Assembly (NCBI GenBank): GCA_030390025.1
Contig: JASTWF010000356.1
Coordinates: forward strand, 186,001-250,000
Direction of reading: 5' to 3'
DNA from: Squalus acanthias
Taxonomy: Eukaryota
DNA: 64,000 nt
Under the pieces are notes generated by a model. The model saw only the letters and a program-made list of their open reading frames with translations, was not told the DNA's origin and ran no database searches. A program made the translations under genes and the position numbers. Of the stretch, positions 23,550 through 37,500 are shown piece by piece (the first letter of the stretch is position 1; each line of letters begins with the position of its first letter).

Positions 23550-24445
23550 TTGAATTAAATGGTTATTGAGATATAAACCGCTGAGTACTTGATGACGCAG
23601 GGTTATTAGATTTAAAGTAAAAATTTATTGCATGAATTCCAATTAATTATCGACGTGTTCAGTCAGAATGAAGGCTCTCGGTGCTCTGCTGATGCAGCTC
23701 CCTGCCTAGGCCGAGGGTTCAGTTTATTAAACTGAGAGCAGTGTTTGTCCGCATACTTTCTGGATTTATATCCCTTCTCGATCGACATCGCTGCTTGATT
23801 ATTGTGGGGAACTGCTTTTAGCAGGAAATAAAAAAAAACAATGTTTCAGTCCTTTAAAGAGGAACTGGAGTTCCAGGAATTGCGTGTCTATTCAAATTTT
23901 ATAACATTTCTTATGTATAAAGAAGGTAATTATCAGATGTTTTACCATCGAATTCAGTATTTTAGCAGCAATGTAAATGGTCACTGTTAGCAGTTTCAGA
24001 TTTAAATGGTTTAAGACAATCAGATTTGCAGAAGTGATGGAGTCTATTTCTGACAATGTGACTATTTTATTCATGTATTTCTGTAGATGCGGCGCTGCTT
24101 AATGTTCTGTACAGCTGGAACTGACGGTGGATTCAGTAAACCCGCAGTGTCAGTTCTGGTGGTGTAAAAATCCGTTATTGGAATCGCAGCTTCATGGTTA
24201 GAATTACTGTCTGAATGTTCAGGGTTAATGTTCTTCACTAACCTCATAACATGTGATGCTGGTTTTGTTATTTCCGTTTTTGTTATTTTCGCTGAGTGAT
24301 TTCCTCTGTTGCCAGGGTGACAATCTGTCAGATCTCAGCACAAGAGGCCTTGGCTCCAATTTATATCCGAAAACCTTCAAACATTCAATGTAAACTCCTA
24401 TCTGTGTACTCCGCAGTCCAGGAGTAGGGACATCTTCTGAATAGT
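23550..24445 (+). repeat. Diverged duplicated segment, copy 1 (paralog at ~60845-61700)
   Basis: Collinear shared blocks: tcagaatgaa, cagctccctgcct.ggccgagggttc, tttagcaggaaataaaa, gaactgacggtg, gagtgatttcctct.ttgccaggg..acaatctgtcagatctcag, gtagg.acatcttctg. Confidence 0.9.
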
Positions 24446-25059
24446 TTTAATACAATGGCCACAATATTATAACATGATTATAAAGCTGTTGTGCAGGAGC
24501 AGTAGGTTTTATAGATACACATAATTCGTAAAACGTCCACCTGCCACGGTTAAATAATGCTTCTATATATTGATAAAGACTGTTTCAACCCGGTGTTCGC
24601 AGATGTTCAAACATACACACATGTCCGCCTGCCGTTCTGGCCTCTTCCTACAGACACAGTGAAAAGACATTCCTGTTCATCAGTTGGAGTTTTAGCAATG
24701 CCATTGAGATTCACCAGTAATGATTTAATACTTGTTTGTAAAGCACACTTCCTGTAAGATTCACATTTACTTTTGGCCCAACTCATCTCCTGTCACATTA
24801 ATTTCCTGTTACAACTCAGACATCACAGTTCGAGTGAAACCTTTCACTCGTTCCAAATGGCAGTGGATCTACGAGTTCTAAATATAACAGACACGTTTAT
24901 TCATCTTACAACTGTTTAGAGAGAGCCGTTATGTGATAGATTGTTAATATTGGTTACAGATAATAAACACATGATATAAATATGAGACAGTACAATAACA
25001 TAGACAGCTAGGAACAGTTGGATACCATTCAGGCCATCTATCCTGTTTCGCCAATAACT

Positions 25060-25500
25060 AAATGAGAGCAGGGAAAGTAGCCTGGCTCTGTTGCCCAGGC
25101 GCAGTCTCGCTCTCTTGCTCTCACGCAGGCGCAGTCGAGCTCCCTTGCTCTCACGCAGGCGCAGACTCGCTCTCTTGCTCTCACGGAGGTGCAGTATTGC
25201 TCGCTGCCGTTATTCCGGGGATTCCCAGTCAGCGGTCAGTTTTCCTCTTGTGCCGGACGTCCCGGGTTGATCGGTGAGAGACTGTGAGGAGCAGGATCGC
25301 CCTCCGAGATAAAGGGGTATCACTGCCGTTAGTGCGGGGATGTGCAGTGGGCGAATTTTCCCTGTGCTGGGCCGGTGTGCAAATGAAGGTAAGAAACAGG
25401 ATGGTTGCCCGTGTTACAGGGGCCGCGCTCTGTGACTGAGTGAACTCGGCTCCATTCAGCTCACGGCCCGACAGCGCGGCTGCTCAGCACAGAGTTTACA
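25060..25500 (+). promoter_or_regulatory. CpG-rich promoter / first exon region with NF-kB site and 5' splice site
   Basis: Local CpG enrichment; GGGGATTCCC at 25217-25226; second kB-like GAATTTTCCC at ~25353-25362; donor AAG|GTAAGA with the exon ending at 25388 (ATG at 25383); alternative donor CG|GTGAGA at 25274. Confidence 0.6.
25096..25195 (+). repeat. ~3.3 copies of a 30-bp tandem unit carrying NRF1-like GCAGGCGCA motifs
   Basis: caggcgcagtctcgctctcttgctctcacg at 25096, with variants at 25126 and 25156 and a partial copy at 25186. Confidence 0.8.
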
Positions 25501-28500
25501 TCACAGCGAGGGAGGGAGGGGATTCACAGTGTCAAAGTGAGGAAGGGAGATGGGGATTCACAGTATAACAGTGAGGGAGGGAGTGGCTTCACCGTGTGAC
25601 AGTGAGGGAGGGAGGGGATTCATAGTGTCACAGTGAGGGAGGGAGGGAGGGGTTTCACAGTGTCACAGTGAGGGAGGGATGGGGTTCACCCTGTCACAGT
25701 GAGGGAGGGAGGGGATTCACAGTGTCACAGTGAGGGAGGGAGGGGATTCACAGTGTCACAGTGAGGGAGGGCGGGGCTTCACCGTGTCACAGTGAGGGAG
25801 GGAGGAGATTCACAGTGTCACAGTGAGGGTGGGAGGGAGAGGATTCACAGTCTCACAGTGAGGGAGGGCGGTGCTTCAACGTGTCACAGTGAGGGAGGGC
25901 GGGGCTTTACCGTGTCACAGTGAGGGAGGAAGGGGATTCACAGTGTCACAGTGAGTGAGGGAGGGAGGGGATTCACAGTGTCACAGTGAGTGAGAGAGGG
26001 GGTTCACAGTGTCACAGTGAGGGAGGGAGGGGATTCACAGTTTCACAGTGAGAGAGGGAGTGGATTCACAGTGTCACAGTGAGGGAGAGAGAGGATTCAC
26101 AGTGTCACAGTGAGGGAGGGGATTCACAGTCACAGTGAGGGAGGGAGGGGATTCACAGTGTCACAGTGAGGGAGGGAGGGGATTCACAGTGTCATAGTGA
26201 GGGAGGGAGGGGCCTCACAGTGTAACACTGAAGGAGGGAGGGGATTCACAGTGTCACAGTGAGGGAGGGAGGGGCCTCACCGTGTCACAGTGAGGGAGGG
26301 AGGGAATTAACAGTGTCACAGTGATGTAGAGAGGGGATTCACAGTTTCACAGTGAGGGAGGGAGGCGATTCACAGTGTCACAGTGAGGGAGGGAGGGGAT
26401 TCACAGTGTCAAAGTGAGGGAGGGGATTCACAGTGTCACAGTGAGGGAGGGGCCACACAGTGTCACAGTGATAAAGGGAGGGGCCTCACCGTGTCACAGT
26501 GAGGGAGGGAGGGGGCGCACAGTGTCACAGTGAGGGAGGGAGGGTCCTCACCCTGTCACAGTGAGGGAGGGAGGGAATTCACACTGTCACAGTGAGGGAG
26601 GGGATTCACAGTGTCACAGTGAGGGAGGGAGGGGCTTCACAGTGTCACAGTAGGGAGGGAGGGGCCTCACCGTGTCACAGTGAGGGAGGCAGGCGATTCA
26701 CATTGTCACAGTGAGGGAGGGAGGTGATTCACAGTGTCACAGTGAGGGAGGAAGGGGATTCACAGGGTCACAGTGAGGGAGGGAGGGGCTTCACATGTCA
26801 CAGTGAGGGAGGGCGGGGCTTTACCGTGTCACAGTGAGGGAGGAAGGGGATTCACAGTGTCACAGTGAGTGAGGGAGGGAGGGGATTCACAGTGTCACAG
26901 TGAGTGAGAGAGGGGGTTCACAGTGTCACAGTGAGTGAGGGAGAGGCTTCACAGTGTCACAGTGAGGGAGGGAGGGGATTCACAGTTTCACAGTGAGGGA
27001 GGGAGTGGATTCACAGTGTCACAATGAGGGAGAGAGAGGATTCACAGTGTCACAGTGAGGGAGGTCATTCACAGTCACAGTGAGGGAGGGAGGGGATTCA
27101 CAGTGTCACAGTGAGGGAGGGAGGGGATTCACAGTGTCACAGTGAGGGAGGGAGGGGCCTCACAATGTCACACTGAGGGAGGGAGGGGATTCACAGTGTC
27201 ACAGTGAGGGAGGCAGGGGCCTCACAGTGTCACAGTGAGGGAGGGAGGGGCCTCACCGTGTCACAGTGAGGGAGGGAGGGAATTAACAGTGTCACAGTGA
27301 TGTAGGGAGGGGATTCACAGTGTCACAGTGAGGGAGGGAGGAGATTCACAGTGTCACAGTGAGGGAGGGAGGGGGATTCACAGTGTCAAAGTGAGGGAGG
27401 GGATTCACAGTGTCACAGTGACGGAGGGGCCACACAGTGTCACAGTGAGGGTGGGAGGTGACTCACCGTGTCACAGTGAGGGAGGGAGGGAGCGCACAGT
27501 GTCACAGTGAGGGAGGGAGGGTCCTCACCGTGTCACAGTGAGGGAGGGAGGGAATTCACACTGTCACAGTGAGGGAGGGGATTCACAGTGTTACAGTGAG
27601 GGAGGGAGGGGCTTCACAGTGTCACAGTGAGGGAGGGAGGGGCCTCACCGTGTCACAGTGAGGGAGGCAGGCGATTCACATTGTCACAGTGAGGGAGGGA
27701 GGTGATTCACAGTGTCACAGTGAGGGAGGAAGGGGATTCACAGGGTCACAGTGAGGGAGGAAGGGGCTTCACAGTGTCACAGTGAGGGAGGGAGGGGATT
27801 CACAGTGTCACAGTGAGGGAGGGGATTCACAGTGTCACATTGAGGGAGGGAGGGGCCTCACGGTGTCACCGTGAGGGAGGGAGGGGCCTCACCATATCAA
27901 AGTGAGTGAGGGAGGGGTTTCACAATGTCACAGTGAGGGAGTGAGGGGCCTCATAGTGTCACAGTGAGGGACGGAGGGGCCTCACCGTGTCACAGAGAGA
28001 GAGTAGGGGCTTCAAAGTGTCACAGTGAGGGAGGGAGGGGCCACATAGTCTCACAGTGAGGGAGAGAGGGGCCTCACCGTATCAAAGTGAGGGAGGGAGG
28101 GGATTCACAGTGTCACAGTGAGGGAGGCAGGGGCTTCACAATGTCACAGTGAGGGAGGGTGGGGATTCACAATGTAACAGTGAGGGAGGGAGGGGATTCA
28201 CAGTGTCACTGTGTGGGAGTGAGGGGCCTCATAGTGTCACAGTGAGGGAGGGAGGTTCCTCACCGTGTCACAGTGAGGGAGGGAGGGGCTTCAAAGTGTC
28301 ACAGTGAGGGAGGGAGGTGCTTCACAGTGTCACAGTGAGGGAGGGAGGGGCCTCACAGTGTCACTGTGAGGGACGGAGGGGCTTCACAGTGTCACACTGA
28401 GGGAGGGAGGGGCCTCACAGTGTCGCAGTGAGGGAGGGAGGGGATTCACAGTGTCACAGTGAGGAGGGAGGGTATCCACAGTGTCACAGTGAGGGAGGAG

Positions 28501-31500
28501 CTTCACAGTGTCACACTGAGGGAGGGAGGGGATTCACAGTGTTACAGTGAGGGAGGGAGGTTATTCACAGTGTCACAGTGAGGGCGGGTGGTGATTCAGA
28601 GTGTCACAGTGAGGGAGGGTGGGGATTCACAGTTTCACAGTGAGCGAGGGAGGGGATTCACAGTGTCACAGTGAGGGAGGGCTTTCACAGTGTCACAGTG
28701 AGGGAGGGATCGTCCTCACAGTGTCACAGTGAGGGAGGGAGGGGCCTCACCGTATCTCAGTGAGGGAGGGAGCGGATTCACAGTGTCACAGTGAGGGAGG
28801 GGTTTCACAGTGTCATAGTGAGGGAGGGAGGGACCTCATAGTGTCACAATGAGGGAGGGAGGGACTTCAAAGTGTCACAAAGAGGGAGGGAGGAATTCAC
28901 AGTGTCACCGTGAGGGAGGGAGGGGCCTCATAGTGTCACAGTGAGGCAGGGAGGGTCCTCACCGTGTCACAGTGAGGGAGGGAGGGGATTCAAAGTGTCA
29001 CAGTGAGGGAGGGAGGGGCTTCACAGTGTCACAGTGAGGGAGGGAGCAGATTCACAGTGTCACAGTGGGGGTGGGGATTCAAAGTGTCACAGTGAGGGAG
29101 GGAGGGGCCTCACAGGGTCACAGTGAGGGAGGAAGGGGCTTCACATGTCACAGTGAGGGAGGGAGGGGCCTCACCGTGTCACAGTGAGGGAGGGGATTCA
29201 CAGTGTCACCGTGAGGGAGGGATGGTCCTCATAGTGTCACAGTGAGGGAGGGAGGTTCCTCACCGTGTCTCAGTGAGGGAGGGAGGGGCTTCAAATTGTC
29301 ACAGTGAGGGAGGGAGGGGCTTCACAGTGTCACAGTGAGGGAGGGAGGGGATTCACAGTGTCACAGTGAGGGAGGGGATTCACAGTGTCACATTGAGGGA
29401 GGGAGGGGCCTCACGGTGTCACCGTGAGGGAGGGAGGGGCCTCACCATATCAAAGTGAGGGAGGGAGGGGATTCACAGTGTCACAGTGAGGGAGGGGTTT
29501 CACAGTGTCACAGTGAGGGAGTGAGGGGCCTCATAGTGTCACAGTGAGGGACGGAGGGGCCTCACCGTGTCACAGAAAGAGAATAGGGGCTTCAAAGTGT
29601 CACAGTGAGGGAGGGAGGGGCCTCATAGTCTCACAGTGAGGGAGGGAGGGGCCTCACCGTATCAAAGTGAGGGAGGGAGGGGATTCACAGTGTCACAGTG
29701 AGGGAGGGTGGGGATTCACAATGTCACAGTGAGGGAGGGAGGGGATTCACAGTGTCACTGTGAGGGAGTGAGGGGCCTCATAGTGTCACAGTGAGGGAGG
29801 GAGGTTCCTCACCGTGTCACAGTGAGGGAGGGAGGGGCTTCAAAGTGTCACAGTGAGGGAGGGAGGGGCTTCACAGTGTCACAGTGAGGGAGGGAGGGGC
29901 CTCACAGTGTCACTGTGAGGGAGGGAGGGGCTTCACAGTGTCACACTGAGGGAGGGAGGGGCCTCACAGTGTCGCAGTGAGGGAGGGAGGGGATTCACAG
30001 TGTCACAGTGAGGAGGGAGGGGATCCACAGTGTCACAGTGAGGGAGGAGCTTCACAGTGTCACACTGAGGGAGGGAGGGGATTCACAGTGTTACAGTGAG
30101 GGAGGGAGGTTATTCACATTGTCACAGTGAGGGCGGGTGGTGATTCAGAGTGTCACAGTGAGGGAGGGTGGGGATTCACAGTGTCACAGTGAGCGAGGGA
30201 GGGGATTCACAGTGTCACAGTGAGGGAGGGCTTTCACAGTGTCACAGTGAGGGAGGGAGCATCCTCACAGTGTCACAGTGAGGGAGGGAGGGGCCTCACC
30301 GTATCTCAGTGAGGGAGGGAGCCGATTCACAGTGTCACAGTGAGGGAGGGGTTTCACAGTGTCACAGTGAGGGAGGGAGGGGCCTCATAGTGTCACAATG
30401 AGGGAGGGAGGGACTTCAAAGTGTCACAGTGAGGGAGGGAGGAATTCACAGTGTCACCGTGAGGGAGGGAGGGGCCTCATAGTGTCACAGTGAGGCAGGG
30501 AGGGTCCTCACCGTGTCACAGTGAGGGAGGGATGGGCTTCAAAGTGTCACAGTGAGGGAGGGAGGGGCTTCACAGTGTCACAGTGAGGGAGGGAGCAGAT
30601 TCACAGTGTCACAGTGGGGGTGGGGATTCAAAGTGTCACAGTGAGGGAGGGAGGGGCCTCACAGTGTCACAGTGAGGGAGGGATGGGTCTCACCTTATCA
30701 CAGTGAGGGAGGGAGGGGACTCACAGTGTCACAGTGAGGGAGGGGTTTCACAGTGTCACAGTGAGGGAGGGAGGGGCCTCATAGTGTCACAGTGAGGGAG
30801 GGAGTGGCCTCACCGTGTCACAGAGAGGGAGTGAGGGGCTTCAAAGTGTCACAGTGAGGGAGGGAGGGTCTTCACAGTGTCACATTGATGGAGGGAAGGG
30901 CCTCACAATGTCACAGTGAGGGAGGGAGGGGCCTCACAGTGTCACTGTGAGGGAGGGAGGGGCTTCACAGTGTCACACTGAGGGAGGGAGGGTCCTCACA
31001 GTGTCGCACTGAGGGAGGGAGGTGATTCACAGTGTCACAGTGAGGAGGGAGGGCATCCACAGTGTCACAGTGAGGGAGGAGCTTCACAGTGTCACACTGA
31101 GGGAGGGAGGGGATTCACAGTGTTACAGTGAGGGAGGGAGGGTATTCACAGTGTCACAGTGAGGGCGGGAGGTGATTCAGAGTGTCACAGTGAGGGAGGG
31201 TGGGGGTTCACAGTGTCACAGTGAGCGAGGGAGGGGATTCACAGTGTCACAGTGAGGGAGGGCTTTCACAGTCTCACAGTGAGGGAGGGAGCGTCCTCAC
31301 AGTGTCACAGTGAGGGAGGGTGGGGCCTCACCGTATCTCAGTGAGGGAGGGAGCGGATTCACAGTGTCACAGTGAGGGAGGGGTTTCACAGTGTCACAGT
31401 GAGGGAGGGAGGGGCCTCATAGTGTCACAATGAGGGAGGGAGGGGCTTCAAAGTGTCACAGTGAGTGAGGGAGCAATTCACAGTGTCACCGTGGGGGAGG

Positions 31501-34500
31501 GAGGGGCCTCATAGTGTCACAGTGAGGCAGGGAGGGTCCTCACCGTGTCACAGTGAGGGAGGGAGGGGCTTCAAAGTGTCACAGTGAGGGAGGGAGGGGC
31601 TTCACATTGTCACAGTGAGGGAGGGCGCAGATTCACAGTGTCACAGTCGGGGTGTGGATTCAAAGTGTCACAGTGAGGGAGGGAGGGGCCTCACAGTGTC
31701 ACAGTGAGGGAGGGAGGGGCCTCACCTTATCACAGTGAGGGAGGGAGGGGACTCACAGTGTCACAGTGAGGGAGGGGATTCACAGTGTCACAGTGAGGGA
31801 GGGAGTGGCCTCACCGTGTCACAGAGAGGGAGTGAGGGGCTTCAAAGTGTCACAGTGAGGGAGGGAGGGTCTTCACAGTGTCACATTGATGGAGGGAGGG
31901 GCATCACAATGTCACAGGGAGGGAGGGAGGGGCTTCACAGTGTCACAGTGAGGGAGGGAGGGGTTTCACAATGTCGCAGTGAGGGAGGGAGGGGATTCAC
32001 ATTGTCACCGTGAGGGAGTGAGGGGCATCATAGTGTCACAGTGAGGGATTGTCCTCACCGTGTCACGGTGAGGGAGTGAGGGGCTTCAAAATGTCACAGT
32101 GAGGGAGGGCGGGGCTTCACAGTGTCACAGTGAGGGAGGGAGGGGCTTCACAGTGTCACAGTGAGGGAGGGAGGGGCCTCACCGTGTCACAGTTAGGGAG
32201 GCAGGCGATTCACATTGTCACAGTGAGGGAGGGAGGTGATTCACAGTGTCACAGTGAGGGAGGAAGGGGATTCACAGTGTCACAGTGAGTGAGGGAGGGA
32301 GGGGATTCACAGTGTCACAGTGAGTGAGAGAGGGGGTTCACAGTGTCACAGTGAGTGAGGGAGAGGCTTCACAGTGTCACAGTGAGGGAGGGAGGGGATT
32401 CACAGTTTCACAGTGAGGGAGGGAGTGGATTCACAGTGTCACAGTGAGGGAGAGAGAGGATTCACAGTGTCACAGTGAGGGAGGGGATTCACAGTCACAG
32501 TGAGGGAGGGAGGGGATTCACAGTGTCACAGTGAGGGTGGGAGGGGATCCACAGTGTCACAGTGAGTGAGGGAGGGGCCTCACAATGTCACACTGAGGGA
32601 GGGAGGGGATTCACAGTGTCACAGTGAGGGAGGCAGGGGCCTCACAGTGTCACAGTGAGGGAGGGAGGGGCCTCACCGTGTCACAGTGAGGGAGGGAGGG
32701 AATTAACAGTGTCACAGTGATGTAGGGAGGGGATTCACAGTGTCACAGTGCGGGAGGGAGGAGATTCACAGTGTCACAGTGAGGGAGGGAGGGGATTCAC
32801 AGTGTCAAAGTTAGGGAGGGGATTCACAGTGTCACAGTGAGGGAGGGGCCACACAGTGTCACAGTGAGGGAGGGAGGGGCGTCACCGTGTCACAGTGAGG
32901 GAGGGAGGGAGCGCACAGTGTCACAGTGAGGGAGGGAGGGTCCTCACCGTGTCACAGTGAGGGAGGGAGGGAATTCACACTGTCACAGTGAGGGAGGGGA
33001 TTCACAGTGTCACAGTGAGGCAGGGAGGGGCTTCACAGTTTCCCAGTGAGGGAGGGAGGGGCCTCACCGTGTCACAGTGAGGGAGGCAGGCGATTCACAT
33101 TGTCACAGTGAGGGAGGGAGGTGATTCACAGTGTCACAGTGAGGGAGGAAGGGGCTTCACATGTCACAGTGAGGGAGGGAGGGGCCTCACCGTGTCACAG
33201 TGAGGGAGTGGATTCACAGTGTCACTGTGAGGGAGAGATGGTCCTCATAGTGTCACAGTGAGGGAGGGAGGTTCCTCACCGTGTCTCAGTGAGGGAGGGA
33301 GGGGCTTCAAAGTGTCACAGTGAGGGAGGGAGGGGCTTCACAGTGTCACAGTGAGGGAGGGAGGGGATTCACAGTGTCACAGTGAGGGAGGGGATTCACA
33401 GTGTCACATTGAGGGAGGGAGGGGCCTCACGGTGTCACCGTGAGGGAGGGAGAGGCCTCACCATATCAAAGTGAGGGAGGGAGGGGATTCACAGTGTCAC
33501 AGTGAGGGAGGGGTTTCACAGTGTCACAGTGAGGGAGTGAGGGGCCTCATAGTGTCACAGTGAGGGACGGAGGGGCCTCACCGTGTCACAGAGAGAGAGT
33601 AGGGGCTTCAAAGTGTCACAGTGAGGGAGGGAGGGGCCTCAAAGTCTCACAGTGAGGGAGGGAGGGGCCTCACCGTATCAAAGTGAGGGAGGGAGGGGAT
33701 TCACAGTGTCACAGTGAGGGAGGCAGGGGCTTCACTATGTCACAGTGAGGGAGGCAGGGGCTTCACAATGTCACAGTGAGGGAGGGTGGGGATTCACAAT
33801 GTCACAGTGAGGGAGGGAGGGGATTCACAGTGTCACTGTGAGGGAGTGAGGGGCCTCATAGTGTCACAGTGAGGGAGGGAGGTTCCTCACCGTGTCACAG
33901 TGAGGGAGGGAGGGGCTTCAAAGTGTCACAGTGAGGGAGGGAGGGGCTTCAGAGTGTCATAGTGAGGGTGGGAGGGGCCTCACAGTGTCACTGTGAGGGA
34001 GGGAGGGGCTTCACAGTGTCACACTGAGGGAGGGAGGGGCCTCACAGTGTCGCAGTGAGGGAGAGAGGGGATTCACAGTGTCACAGTGAGGAGGGAGGGG
34101 ATCCACAGTGTCACAGTGAGGGAGGAGGGCTTCACAGTGTCACAGTGAGGGCGGGTGGGGATTCACAGTGTCACAGTGAGGGAGGGAGAGGATTCACAGT
34201 GTCACAGTGAGCGAGGGAGGGGATTCACAGTGTCACAGTGAGGGAGGGGCTTTCACAGTGTCACAGTGAGGGAGGGAGCGTCTCACAGTGTCACAGTGAG
34301 GGAGGGAGGGGCCTCACAGTGTCACAGTGAGGGAGGGAGCGGATTCACAGTGTCACAGTGAGGGAGGGGTTTCACAGTGTCACAGTGAGGGAGGGAGGGG
34401 CTTCACAGTGTCACAGTGAGGGAGGGAGGGACTTCACAGTGTCACAGTGAGGGAGGGAGGAATTCACAGTGTCACAGTGAGGGAGGGAGGGGCCTCACAG

Positions 34501-37500
34501 TGTCACAGTGAGGGAGGGAGGGTCTTCACAGTGTCACAGTGAGGGAGGGAGGGGCTTCAAAGTGTCACAGTGAGGGAGGGAGGGGCTTCACAGTGTCACA
34601 GTGAGGGAGGGAGCAGATTCACAGTGTCACAGTGAGGGAGGGAGGGGTCTCACCTTATCACAGTGAGGGAGGGAGGGGACTCACAGTGTCACAGTGAGGG
34701 AGGGGTTTCACAGTGTCACAGTGAGGGAGGGAGGGGCCTCATAGTGTCACAGTGAGGGAGGGAGTGGCCTCACCGTGTCACAGAGAGGGAGTGAGGGGCT
34801 TCAAAGTGTCACAGTGAGGGAGGGAGGGTCTTCACAGTGTCACATTGATGGAGGGAGGGGCCTCACAATGTCACAGTGAGGGAGGGAGGGGCCTCACAGT
34901 GTCACTGTGAGGGAGGGAGGGGCTTCACAGTGTCACACTGAGGGAGGGAGGGGCCTCACAGTGTCGCAGTGAGGGAGGGAGGGGATTCACAGTGTCACAG
35001 TGAGGACGGAGGGGATCCACAGTGTCACAGTGAGGGAGGAGCTTCACAGTGTCACACTGAGGGAGGAAGGGGATTCACAGTGTTACAGTGAGGGAGGGAG
35101 GGTATTCACAGTGTCACAGTGAGGGCGGGAGGTGATTCAGAGTGTCACAGTGAGCGAGGGAGGGGATTCACAGTGTCACAGTGAGGGAGGGCTTTCAAAG
35201 TCTCACAGTGAGGGAGGGAGCGTCCTTACAGTGTCACAGTGAGGGAGGGTGGGGCCTCACCGTATCTCAGTGAGGGAGTGAGCGGATTCACAGTGTCACA
35301 GTGAGGGAGGGGTTTCACAGTGTCACAGTGAGGGAGGGAGGGGCCTCATAGTGTCACAATGAGGGAGGGAGGGGCTTCAAAGTGTCACAGTGAGGGAGGG
35401 AGGAATTCACAGTGTCACCGTGGGGGAGGGAGGGGCCTCATAGTGTCACAGTGAGGCAGGGAGGGTCCTCACCGTGTCACAGTGAGGGAGGGAGGGGCTT
35501 CAAAGTGTCACAGTGAGGGAGGGAGGGGCTTCACAGTGTCACAGTGAGGGAGGGCGCAGATTCACAGTGTCACAGTGGGGGTGGGGATTCAAAGTGTCAC
35601 AGTGAGGCAGGGAGGGGCCTCACAGTGTCACAGTGAGGGAGGGAGGGGCCTCACCTTATCACAGTGAGGGAGGGAGGGAACTCACAGTGTCACAGTGAGG
35701 GAGGGGTTTCACAGTGTCACAGTGAGGGAGGGAGTGGCCTCACCGTGTCACAGAGAGGGAGTGAGGGGCTTCAAAGTGTCACAGTGAGGGAGGGAGGGTC
35801 TTCACAGTGTCACATTGATGGAGGGAGGGGCCTCACAATGTCACAGGGAGGGAGGGAGGGGCTTCACAGTGTCACAGTGAGGGAGGGAGGGGTTTCACAA
35901 TGTCACAGTGAGGGAGGGAGGGGATTCTATGTGTCACCGTGAGGGAGTGAGGGGCATCATAGTGTCACAGTGAGGGAGGGTCCTCCCCGTGTCAGAGTGA
36001 AGGAGTGAGGGGCATCAAAGTGTCACAGTGAGGGAGGGCGGGGCTTCACAGTGTCACAGTGAGGGAGGGAGGGGCTTCACAGTGTCACAGTGAGGGAGGG
36101 AGGGGCCTCACCGTGTCACAGTTAGGGAGGCAGGCGATTCACATTGTCACAGTGAGGGAGGGAGGTGATTCACAGTGTCACATTGAGGGAGGAAGGGGAT
36201 TCACAGTGTCACAGTGAGTGAGGGAGGGAGGGGATTCACAGTGTCACAGTGAGTGAGAGAGGGGGTTCACAGTGTCACAGTGAGTGAGGGAGAGGCTTCA
36301 CAGTGTCACAGTGAGGGAGGGAGGGGATTCACAGTTTCACAGTGAGGGAGGGAGTGGATTCACAGTGTCACAGTGAGGGAGAGAGAGGATTCACAGTGTC
36401 ACAGTGAGGGAGGGGATTCACAGTCACAGTGAGGGAGGGAGGGGATTCACAGTGTCACAGTGAGGGTGGGAGGGGATCCACAGTGTCACAGTGAGGGAGG
36501 GAGGGGCCTCACAATGTCACACTGAGGGAGGGAGGGGATTCACAGTGTCACAGTGAGGGAGGCAGGGGCCTCACAGTGTCACAGTGAGGGAGGGAGGGGC
36601 CTCACCGTGTCACAGTGAGGGAGGGAGGGAATTAACAGTGTCACAGTGATGTAGGGAGGGGATTCACAGTGTCACAGTGAGGGAGGGAGGGGATTCACAG
36701 TGTCACAGTGAGGGAGGGAGGGGATTCACAGTGTCAAAGTGAGGGAGGGGATTCACAGTGTCACAGTGAGGGAGGGGCCACACAGTGTCACAGTGAGGGA
36801 GGGAGGGGCCTCACCGTGTCACAGTGAGGGAGGGAGGGAATTCACTCTGTCACAGTGAGGGAGGGGATTCACAGTGTCACAGTGAGGGAGGGAGGGGCTT
36901 CACAGTCTCCCAGTGAGGGAGGGAGGGGCCTCACCGTGTCACAGTGAGGGAGGCAGGCGATTCACATTGTCACAGTGAGGGAGGGAGGTGATTCACAGTG
37001 TCACAGTGAGGGAGGAAAGGGCTTCACATGTCATAGTGTGGGAGGGAGGGGCCTCACCGTGTCACAGTGAGGGAGTGGATTCACAGTGTCACTGTGAGGG
37101 AGGGATGGTCCTCATAGTGTCACAGTGAGGGGGGGAGGTTCCTCACCGTGTCTCAGTGAGGGAGGGAGGGGCTTCAAAGTGTCACAGTGAGGGAGGGAGG
37201 GGCTTCACAGTGTCACAGTGAGGGAGGGAGGGGATTCACAGTGTCACAGTGAGGGAGGGGATTCACAGTGTCACATTGAGGGAGGGAGGGGCCTCACGGT
37301 GTCACCGTGAGGGAGGGAGAGGCCTCACCATATCAAAGTGAGGGAGGGAGGGTATTCACAGTGTCACAGTGAGGGAGGGAGGGTCCTCACCGTGTCACAG
37401 TGAGGGAGGGAGGGAATTCACACTGTCACAGTGAGGGAGGGGATTCACAGTGTCACAGTGAGGGAGGGAGGGGCTTCACAGTCTCCCAGTGAGGGAGGGA

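Noticed and set aside
25217..25388. MHC class I promoter (enhancer A-like kB site)
   Set aside because: No signal-peptide exon, SXY module or alpha-domain exons were found; a kB site alone is not diagnostic.
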